In this document: positions 8,523-16,663 of the stretch, piece by piece
Layout of the letters: each line of letters begins with the position of its first letter
Numbering within the stretch: position 1 is the stretch's first letter
Assembly: GCA_029838195.1 (NCBI GenBank)
Contig: JALGVJ010000056.1
Span: 1 to 18,552, forward strand
Source of the DNA: Promethearchaeota archaeon
GTDB taxonomy: Archaea > Asgardarchaeota > Lokiarchaeia > Sigyniarchaeales > SOKP01
Reading direction: 5' to 3'
Length of the DNA stretch: 18,552 nucleotides
Notes under the pieces: model-generated
The model's input: only the letters and a program-made list of their open reading frames with translations
Database searches by the model: none
What the model was told of the DNA's origin: nothing
Translations under genes and position numbers: made by a program

Positions 8523-9512
8523 ATGGCAAAATATAATGAAGTAGAACAAATTTTAGGAAGAAAATCAATTTTAGAGCTAACACCAATCGTGATTAAAAAA
8601 AAGGATACCTCCGATAAGATCTGTTATTTTCTCGATACTGATGATGTAGCCTCCCCATTTGACATAAACATGGCATACGATGCGGGGTTTGATGTAGTAG
8701 TGCCCATTAGTAAAATGAAGGCTGAATTTGTTCCTAAAATAGTACAAGATGCAATTTTTTCTCGAAAACCAGGAGCGCCTACCACATTTTTCATAGGAGG
8801 ATCTGATGTTAAAGAAGGTGAAAAAATTGCGAAAAATGTCGTTAAATCGTTAGTTCCACCATTCGAATGCCCGGTCATTATTGATCCACGAGGATCTCAC
8901 ACGACCGCCTCAGCAGTAGTAGCCATGACCTTAGATATCGCAAAAAGAAAGCATGGAATAACTGATGTGAAAAATAAAAAAGTGGTAATTTTTGGAGCGG
9001 GGCCTGTAGGAAGAATTGCTGCAATTTTGGCAGCAAAAATTCATTTAAATACTTTTCTCGTTGAAACTTGGGAAAAAACCAGTGAGGAATTCATTATCAA
9101 TTTAGCTAAAGAATTAACGGAAGAAGCGGGAGATGGTTCCTCGCAAATTAAAGGCGTATTCGCACCTAGTTTAGAGGAAAGATTTCAAATCTCTCAAGAT
9201 GCTGATTTCATATGGTCGCTAGCAGCAGCAGGCGTCGAAATTTTACCTGAGGAATTAATGGCCAAATTAAAAGGTAAAAAGCTGGTTGTAGATATTAATT
9301 TGGTTCCCCCATATGGCATTGGAGGCATAAAACCAAAGTATAAAAATGAGGAAATTTATCCCGGAATTTTCGCAATAGGAGCTCTAAGCTTAGGAAGGCT
9401 AAAAGCAAACTCCGAAGCCGCCATCTTGAAAGAAGCGGCTAACACTAAAGGTCTAAAAATATTTGATTATAATGTCGCTTTTGAAATTGCGAAAGAATTA
9501 TTGAAAAAATAA
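8523..9512 (+). CDS. NAD(P)-dependent methylene-tetrahydromethanopterin/tetrahydrofolate dehydrogenase (MtdA/MtdB/MtdC family)
   Basis: SPFDINMAYDAGFD, VQDAIFSR, FIGGSD, PPFE..DPRGSHTTASA, GAGPVG, DINLVPPYGIGG are characteristic of the family. ATG 8523 lies downstream of GAGGTG. Confidence 0.85.
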   Translation: MAKYNEVEQILGRKSILELTPIVIKKKDTSDKICYFLDTDDVASPFDINMAYDAGFDVVVPISKMKAEFVPKIVQDAIFSRKPGAPTTFFIGGSDVKEGEKIAKNVVKSLVPPFECPVIIDPRGSHTTASAVVAMTLDIAKRKHGITDVKNKKVVIFGAGPVGRIAAILAAKIHLNTFLVETWEKTSEEFIINLAKELTEEAGDGSSQIKGVFAPSLEERFQISQDADFIWSLAAAGVEILPEELMAKLKGKKLVVDINLVPPYGIGGIKPKYKNEEIYPGIFAIGALSLGRLKANSEAAILKEAANTKGLKIFDYNVAFEIAKELLKK

Positions 9513-9525
9513 AATTTTAAATCAG

Positions 9526-9540
9526 TTTTTTTTATTTTTT
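9526..9540 (+). terminator. Oligo-T archaeal-type terminator after the mtd-like gene
   Basis: TTTTTTTTATTTTTT shortly after stop 9512. Similar T-tracts follow 12411, 15941 and 18001. Confidence 0.4.
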
Positions 9541-9588
9541 AGTTTTACATTTAATTTTATGTTTATTTTAAAAAAAAGAGGAGGAAAT

Positions 9589-11880
9589 TTGGTGATTTTC
9601 AAAAATAATAAGAACTTTTCCTTGCCTCAAGGAATTAAGCTCAGAATTAAAGATTCATTTAAGGATGACGCAGGTAAAGGAATTGTGAGATTAGATCCTG
9701 AAATAATGGTAAAATTAAATTTAAAATCAGGTGATATTATTGAAATCAAACATTCTAAAAACAATACCAAAACAGCAGCTTTACTCTTAACGGGTAGAAA
9801 TGAAGATCGAGGCAAGCATATATTACGAATGGATCCTTCTGAGCGGAATAATATTATTGCATCTATCGATGATTATGTTGAAATTCGAAAAATAGAAGCA
9901 CCTCTTGCAGAAAAAGTCATCCTAACTGGTTTAGAAAGCACGTATTTAATAAGAGATTCTCAATATTTAGTAAGAAAATTAGAGAAGAGAGCAATTACTA
10001 TGGGAGATCGTCTGAGCTTTTATGTCATGGGGCGTAGAGTTGATTTAATGGTAATAGATTATCAGCCAAAGGCGGAAGCGGTAAAAATTACATTGGATAC
10101 TGAAATCTCTTTTACAGAAAAAAAAGAAATCGAATTAAAGCGAAAATCGATTTCTCGATTTAAATATGAAGCAATAAGTGACATTGAACAAGAAATGCAT
10201 AAGATGGCAAAAAGGATAACTTATGAGGATATCGGAGGTTTAGGGGAGCAAATTGAAAAGATTAGAGAAATGATTGAACTACCCTTGCTTCATCCTGAAT
10301 TATTTGAAAAAATTGGTATTAATCCCCCTAAAGGAGTATTACTCTATGGTCCCCCAGGAACAGGAAAGACTTTATTGGCAAGAGCTGTAGCATATGAAAC
10401 AGATGCACATTTTATTTCAATTAGTGGCCCTGAAATAATGAGTAAGTTTTTTGGCCAGAGTGAAGAAAATTTAAGAAAAATATTTGAAGAAGCAAAAGAA
10501 AAAGCCCCTTCCATTATATTTTTTGATGAGATTGATTCGATTGCAAGTAAACAAGATAATGGTCGAAGTCAAGTCGAAGCAAGAGTTGTAGCTCAATTAT
10601 TATCCTTAATGGATGGATTAGAGAAGCGAGGAAAAGTAATCATTATTGGAGCAACTAATAAGCTTAATCAAATAGATATTGCATTAAGGCGTCCCGGGCG
10701 GTTTGATCGGGAAATTGAAATTGGAGTTCCTGATGCTGCAGGTCGTTATGAAATTCTCTTAATCCATACAAGAGGCATGCCCTTAAATCCTGATGTTAAT
10801 CTTAAATTGTTAGCTGAAAAAACTCATGGATTTGTAGGAGCTGATATAAAAGCATTGGCTAAAGAGGCCGCCATGCTAGCCATTAAGGATATATTTCCTC
10901 ATATTGATTTAGAAAAACCCATTCCTAAAGAAATATTAAATCGTATTGAAATCAATATGAATCATTTTTTAATCGCCCTAGCTTCAATAGAGCCCTCTGC
11001 CTTGAGAGAAGTTCTCATTACCAAACCCAATGAGACTTGGGAGGATATTGGAGGGTTGCAGGAAGCAAAGCAACAACTAAGAGAAATTATCGAATGGCCA
11101 TTAAAATTCCCAGAATTTTTTGCTTACATGAAAGCAGAACCACCTAATGGAATTCTTTTATATGGGCCTCCTGGCACGGGAAAAACATTGCTTGCAAAGG
11201 CAATAGCAAATGAAACGGAGGCAAATTTTATTTCAGTAAAAGGTCCTGAATTCTTATCCAAGTGGGTTGGAGAAAGTGCTAAGGCAGTAAGGGAGATCTT
11301 TCGAAAAGCCCGCACAGTCCGTCCTTGTATTATTTTCTTTGATGAAATCGACGCCATAGCCACTAAAAGAAGTATAGAAAGTAGCACCAAGGTTGTGGAA
11401 CAGATGGTTGCTCAATTATTAACGGAGATGGATGGCCTGGAGGAACTTAAAGATGTAATATTGATTGCTGCGACTAATAGACCCGATATGTTAGATCCGG
11501 CGCTATTAAGAGCAGGGCGTTTTGGAAGACATATTGAAATCCCCTTACCTCATAAAGAATCTAGAAAAGAAATCTTTAAAATTCACTTAGAAGGAAAACC
11601 TTTAGATCCAGAAATTAATTTAGAAGAATTAGCAGAAAAAAGTGAAGGATATTCAGGGGCGGACATTAAAAGTATCTGTGAAGAGGCTACCATATTTGCC
11701 ATTAGAAGAGGGATATTTGATGATAAGATAGATAAAAAAGATCCCAGTTCCTTTAAGCAAGTGAAAATAAATAATTCTGATTTTACCAAAGCTTTTGAAA
11801 AGATAAAGGTTTCAATTTTAAGAGCTAAAAAAATTTATGAAGATCAATTGAAGGGAGCATCCGAACAACTCTATGGTTAA
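9589..11880 (+). CDS. cdc48: CDC48/p97/VAT-family AAA+ ATPase with C-terminal HbYX motif
   Basis: N domain ([10 protein letters not shown]), two AAA modules with [23 protein letters not shown] / RAGRFGR; ends LYG. GAGGAGG at ~9578-9584 suggests TTG 9589 or GTG 9592 rather than ATG 9559. Confidence 0.93.
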   Translation: MVIFKNNKNFSLPQGIKLRIKDSFKDDAGKGIVRLDPEIMVKLNLKSGDIIEIKHSKNNTKTAALLLTGRNEDRGKHILRMDPSERNNIIASIDDYVEIRKIEAPLAEKVILTGLESTYLIRDSQYLVRKLEKRAITMGDRLSFYVMGRRVDLMVIDYQPKAEAVKITLDTEISFTEKKEIELKRKSISRFKYEAISDIEQEMHKMAKRITYEDIGGLGEQIEKIREMIELPLLHPELFEKIGINPPKGVLLYGPPGTGKTLLARAVAYETDAHFISISGPEIMSKFFGQSEENLRKIFEEAKEKAPSIIFFDEIDSIASKQDNGRSQVEARVVAQLLSLMDGLEKRGKVIIIGATNKLNQIDIALRRPGRFDREIEIGVPDAAGRYEILLIHTRGMPLNPDVNLKLLAEKTHGFVGADIKALAKEAAMLAIKDIFPHIDLEKPIPKEILNRIEINMNHFLIALASIEPSALREVLITKPNETWEDIGGLQEAKQQLREIIEWPLKFPEFFAYMKAEPPNGILLYGPPGTGKTLLAKAIANETEANFISVKGPEFLSKWVGESAKAVREIFRKARTVRPCIIFFDEIDAIATKRSIESSTKVVEQMVAQLLTEMDGLEELKDVILIAATNRPDMLDPALLRAGRFGRHIEIPLPHKESRKEIFKIHLEGKPLDPEINLEELAEKSEGYSGADIKSICEEATIFAIRRGIFDDKIDKKDPSSFKQVKINNSDFTKAFEKIKVSILRAKKIYEDQLKGASEQLYG

Positions 11881-12030
11881 ATATTTTCTAATTTTTATCT
11901 CCTTATTTTTTCCTTATAATTTATTGGGTCGTTATATCAATTAAATTCATTATTATAAGGTTCAAATCATTCTAAAGGAATTCATTGTGCATTTTATTTC
12001 ATAACACAATATTTGTTAAACTAAAAGATT

Positions 12031-12072
12031 TGACAAATTGAATTATCAGAATGATCAAAATTCTTCTTATCA
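12031..12072. promoter_or_regulatory. Tandem operators upstream of the 86-aa gene
   Basis: TGACAA attgaa TTATCA (12031-12048) and TCAAAA ttcttc TTATCA (12055-12072), with the same 24-bp offset as 6942/6966. Confidence 0.65.
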
Positions 12073-12150
12073 AATTTATTTTATTTTATCAATTTCATCT
12101 TTTACTTAGAATTAAAAAAATTATAAAAATTAAAAAAAGGTGGTAAAAAA

Positions 12151-12411
12151 ATGCAAGCTTTTGCTCATGTCCCCGAGGAAAGGGAAAAAATAACTTCATA
12201 TAAAAGTATGATAGAAACAAAAAATAAAGAATCTAAGAAACAATTCTTAAAAGAATTGGCAAAAGGATATTTAGAAGCTGAAAAAATGAAAGTAATGGAA
12301 ACATTTAGAATGTTTGAAAAAGAATATGAAAGTCTTGAGAATAAAGACTCCTTTAAAGCTCAATACCTTGAATCTTTTATTTTTGAGCTTAAAACAGAGC
12401 TCCATCTCTAA
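12151..12411 (+). CDS. Small helical protein homologous to the coiled-coil segment of 7069..7686
   Basis: AGGTGG RBS and T-tract after the stop; 17/50 ungapped identities (hand count) with EFVMGYL...LNLEI of 7069..7686. Confidence 0.75.
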   Translation: MQAFAHVPEEREKITSYKSMIETKNKESKKQFLKELAKGYLEAEKMKVMETFRMFEKEYESLENKDSFKAQYLESFIFELKTELHL

Positions 12412-12871
12412 ATAACTTTTTTTTTCCCTCATATTTTTATTAAAAATCCATAATTGCTATTTTTTCACGTGAGATTATTACTATTCCCCAAAGAAACCAC
12501 TTGACTTATTAAATTGGCATTCTTAATTATTTAATTTAAGATGGATAAAACTTACTAAAATTTAATAAAGAAGAAATAAACCCTCCTTTTATGGATGGCA
12601 CTACTTTCTATTCTTGATTTTATTTTTTAATTATAATTCCAAAATTGTTATTTTTCCTATTTTCTTATTATTTTTCTAATAAATAAAATAACACCATCAT
12701 CGAAATACCATTCTATTAAAATATAAAAATTAGAATGTCAACGTAATGAAAAATGAGCAACAAAAAGACTTAGAAAATTACAGCGTTAATTCCAAACAAA
12801 AATAAATATGAATAACATTAAAGTGTAAAAATAACTGAATAATAATTAAAAAAAATAAAAAATCAAATTGA

Positions 12872-14200
12872 TTAAGGTTTTAAATCGTTTTCTGATTTCA
12901 TAACCGACTCGGATTCTTTTCTGGAAAGTTTAAATTCATAATCAGTCGGTGATAATAAGAAAAATCCTACCAGCCCCAGATTAGAAATGAGTGCCATGAA
13001 GAGAAATACCATGAGATAAGAAGCCGTCAGTGATAAAATTACCCCTGTTAATGCAAGTCCGATTACCCCTCCAAGGTTCGCAAAAGCGTTCGTGAGACTA
13101 TAATAAGTGGAATCCATTGCAGGATGCTGCTTGGAAATCTCCGTCACCACTGCTGCATAACTACTATGGCGCCAGCCGATAGCTAAGCCAATTAGTGAGG
13201 CAAAAAACAATAAAACACCCCAAATGGTCGGAATTAACATCAATAAAAGAGATATGGTAGTAATCGCATAAGCTAAATACACGCTTAGCCTCCTACTTTT
13301 CTTGTCAGCCACTTGCCCTCCCACAATTGCTCCAATAACTATTCCAACGGATATAATCATGGTCATGTTTCCTTGGTATAAATATACAATGGGATCTGTT
13401 GTAGTCAAAGAAAGGCTGGTTCCAATAGAGGAAATCAACCCAATTTGAATGAGCAAGAATAAGGTAACAAATAAAATCACCACGGAATCCACTATGGCCG
13501 CAAATAATGAAAAAATGTACGTCTTAAAATCGCGTTTATTATTAAACATCTCTTTTAAATGAATCATTAACATTACTTCGGGATATTGTTTCGGCTCTTT
13601 AATGAAAATGGTTAATAAAGAGCTCGCAATCATTAAAATCCCAATGATAATGAAAAGAGATGGCACATTCAACCCACCATAGACGACCAAAATGGCCAAA
13701 ACTGGACCTCCAGCAATTGCTCCTACGCTTCTTAGCCCCCAATTAAAACCTGACGCCCGACCTAGTTTCTCTTTCGGGCAAATATCTAAAAGCAAACCGT
13801 CGATAATAGTGTCTGAGAATGCAACTCCGGTGAAAATTAGAATGCCCATGACGGTAAAAACGGTAATAGCGTTCTCTTTATTGAATAAATTTGGGGTTCC
13901 AAGTAATGCCCACATGACACCGGCCATGGACATCATACCAATGATCCAAGGGCGCCGTCGTCCAATTTTTTTCGATCCTACTTTATCTCCGATAATTCCA
14001 AAAAACACTTTAAAAATCCACGGGAGACCAATTATAGATCCTAAAAAAGCCAACGCAGCAGCATCCAGCACGCCGATATATTGAATGAGATAAATGGGAA
14101 TGATAACAGCAAATAAACTCTGATCAATGCCCTGAAATAAGTAATTGGAAGAGAAAATTGCGATATAATAATTTTTAAACTCTACTTGCTCTTTTTCCAA
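12872..14200 (-). CDS. MFS transporter (AmpG/BT1-like motifs), paralog 1
   Basis: ~12 hydrophobic segments; PWIFKVFFGIIGDK...GRRRPW, SDTIIDG, GGQVADKKSRR; TTG start. Confidence 0.88.
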   Translation of the reverse strand: MEKEQVEFKNYYIAIFSSNYLFQGIDQSLFAVIIPIYLIQYIGVLDAAALAFLGSIIGLPWIFKVFFGIIGDKVGSKKIGRRRPWIIGMMSMAGVMWALLGTPNLFNKENAITVFTVMGILIFTGVAFSDTIIDGLLLDICPKEKLGRASGFNWGLRSVGAIAGGPVLAILVVYGGLNVPSLFIIIGILMIASSLLTIFIKEPKQYPEVMLMIHLKEMFNNKRDFKTYIFSLFAAIVDSVVILFVTLFLLIQIGLISSIGTSLSLTTTDPIVYLYQGNMTMIISVGIVIGAIVGGQVADKKSRRLSVYLAYAITTISLLLMLIPTIWGVLLFFASLIGLAIGWRHSSYAAVVTEISKQHPAMDSTYYSLTNAFANLGGVIGLALTGVILSLTASYLMVFLFMALISNLGLVGFFLLSPTDYEFKLSRKESESVMKSENDLKP

Positions 14201-14600
14201 GACATTCCCTCGTTAATATATATTATTTACGTTCAAGTATTTTTTTTAAATGAAAAAGATTTTTCAATGATTTATTAAACATTCTTTTTTAAATATTTAA
14301 AAATTTCTTTTTTAATAAATTCCATGAACGAAGAGACCATGATATAATGGGGCATGGAGGCGTATTCCACGGTATAATGGTACCTTAAAAATTTCATTGA
14401 TTTATCTTTTATCTTTCATTCTTCCCTTAGCGATATTTTTCTTCCTTTTTCTTACTTTTGGTTCATTACTTCTCTTTTCATGAGATTCAAAAAAAAAGAT
14501 CTCGCACTAAAAACTTTAAATAGTTTAGGACGTGAATTAAAATAATAACAATATTATTACACGTTATAAAATCAAATCATTTAAAACTCAGGAAAAAATC

Positions 14601-15941
14601 ATGAATAAAACAAATGTTGAATATAAATCGCTTTATACGGGTGTTTTCTCCTTGAATTACTTCGTGCAAGGAATAAACCAGTCCATTTTCACGACCGTTG
14701 TCCCCATTTATATCTTGAACTTACTGGGTGTAGTAGATACCGTTGCCATTGCTTCCATGGGCTCGATCATCATGATTCCCTTTGTCCTCAAGCTTATATT
14801 TGGACTGATCTCCGATAAAGTAGAAATCGGGAAGCTTGGACGAAGAAAGCCCTGGATCATTGGTGCTACGAATTTTGCGGGAATCATGTGGTTAATTTTA
14901 CCTCCAATTCTATTTTCAAATCCTTGGGCCGCATATAGCATCTTTACACTTGTTGGATTTTTTGTCATGTTTGGTACGGCCTTCTCAGATACATCAATGG
15001 ATGGTTTTATCATGGATATTTGCCCTAAAAACTTGTTGGGACGCGTGACAGGAGCCGTATGGGGTTTTAGGAGCATGGGAATCATTACAGGGGGATTGGT
15101 CATCTTATTACTAATTAATATCATTCCCGTTGAGACGATTTTCATTTTTTTAGGAATCATTACTATCATATTTGGATGGTTAATCTTATTGATTAAACAT
15201 GGAGAAACCATGAAAGACAGGGAAATTCTTTCGAATCTGAAAATAATATTTAAGCGAAAAGAAAATTGGAAGGTTTTTTTCTTTTCGATGTTCATGGCAG
15301 TTGTGGATGGAGTCATTTTCCTTTTTATTGCATTATATATTTTAATTCGAGCCGGGCTTGTTAATCCCGTGGGCGCCACCATAGAGATCTTGGATGAAGA
15401 TTTGAATCTATATTATCCGCAAGCTTTCATCACTTTAATCGTTAGTTTAGGAGTGTTAGCGGGTGCTTTCATTGGAGGGCGGGTTGCTGATAAAGTATCG
15501 AGAAGAGTAGCGACGTTTTCATCTTTCATTCTTACCACAAGCGCTTTATTATTGCTATTAATCCCCGTGCCTTCGAATCTAGTTTTCATTTTATTAATCT
15601 TCACGTTTATCGCGGGCTCATCAAGCGGCTGGAGCAATTCTGCATTTTCTTCGATTTCGGGAGAATATGCACAGCAATATCCGGAGGCTCCGGGAACTTA
15701 TTTATCACTATGTACTTCATTCATCAATTTTGGCACCTTGATGGGGCTATCTTTTACAGCACAGATTTTTAGTACGGCTTCAACGCTTTTCATAGATGTA
15801 TTGGCAATATATGCGACAGTTTTTATTTTCATGGCCTTTCTTTCCAACATTGCTATTATACCTTTCTTGACCTTAGATAAACATCAATACGAATACAAGC
15901 TAAGGGAGGAAAGTTCCATAAAGGAAATGTTAAAGCCTTAA
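14601..15941 (+). CDS. MFS transporter, paralog 2
   Basis: PFVLKLIFGLISDK...GRRKPW, SDTSMDG, GGRVADKVSRR. Confidence 0.88.
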   Translation: MNKTNVEYKSLYTGVFSLNYFVQGINQSIFTTVVPIYILNLLGVVDTVAIASMGSIIMIPFVLKLIFGLISDKVEIGKLGRRKPWIIGATNFAGIMWLILPPILFSNPWAAYSIFTLVGFFVMFGTAFSDTSMDGFIMDICPKNLLGRVTGAVWGFRSMGIITGGLVILLLINIIPVETIFIFLGIITIIFGWLILLIKHGETMKDREILSNLKIIFKRKENWKVFFFSMFMAVVDGVIFLFIALYILIRAGLVNPVGATIEILDEDLNLYYPQAFITLIVSLGVLAGAFIGGRVADKVSRRVATFSSFILTTSALLLLLIPVPSNLVFILLIFTFIAGSSSGWSNSAFSSISGEYAQQYPEAPGTYLSLCTSFINFGTLMGLSFTAQIFSTASTLFIDVLAIYATVFIFMAFLSNIAIIPFLTLDKHQYEYKLREESSIKEMLKP

Positions 15942-16314
15942 ATAAAATACTGCTCTTTCTTTTTTTTTTACTCTTATTGTTGAAAAGAATTTTAACATGT
16001 AAACCCTGTTCCTCCTTATTTTGAAAATTAAACTCATGGGTCTCTTGGATTTCTTAAAGAGCTTGTTTAACTTATTAGACATTTTTTAATAAGAGTTCTT
16101 GGTTAAAATATCCTTCTTTTTGGAAAAATACTGGTTTCTTTTTTCCTCATGGTGGCTCTCCATAAAAATCTCTTTTTCCCTTGGCAGAAGGACCGTTTTC
16201 CTTGAACGTATAGTCCTAAAGATTACATCCTATCATATACAAATTTTACTCTAATTTATACATGTATATCAGCTTACCTTCTTCTTATTTGGAAGCTAAT
16301 GGGCTTCACCTGAT

Positions 16315-16662
16315 ATGGGATATAAAATTTTTATTCTGAAAGATGAAAATGGTGCGAGAGTTGATATGGAAATCTTTTTTTCTCTTCCGCTTGAATTAGT
16401 TCTTGCTCCCTTCGTAGATGAATTGCATGAGTTACATGAATGGAAACCGGACATGACCAGAACGATGCTATTTTTACCCATTTCAATGATGGAGGCCATC
16501 CTATATGCCAGATTTCATGAGAACATGTCCAATCGGGCATTTAGAATTATTTTTATGATAATTCATGACATTTTTAAAAAATCAGAGGAAAAAAAAAACT
16601 TAAATTCAATCCATATAAATGTAGATCATCGAGTCAAAATTGAATATTATTTGGGAACGTGA
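16315..16662 (+). CDS. Hypothetical protein or transposase N-terminal remnant
   Basis: 115 aa ORF whose stop lies 1 nt before the MFS3 ATG. FLPISMMEAILYARFHENMSNRAF loosely resembles IS5/IS1182-type N-terminal helices. Confidence 0.35.
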   Translation: MGYKIFILKDENGARVDMEIFFSLPLELVLAPFVDELHELHEWKPDMTRTMLFLPISMMEAILYARFHENMSNRAFRIIFMIIHDIFKKSEEKKNLNSIHINVDHRVKIEYYLGT

Positions 16663-16663
16663 A

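Noticed and set aside
477-11789. Short ORFs opposite real genes (477, 977, 1577, 2121, 3517, 4241, 8187, 8624, 9627, 11124, 11583)
   Set aside because: They overlap well-supported genes on the other strand and have no recognisable features.
12412-12871. 460-nt AT-rich gap between convergent genes as a possible ncRNA or CRISPR array
   Set aside because: No regular repeats, stable stems or credible ORF seen.
16296-16540. Minus-strand ORFs 16296-16499 and 16331-16540
   Set aside because: Short, overlap each other and 16315-16662, and show no motifs.
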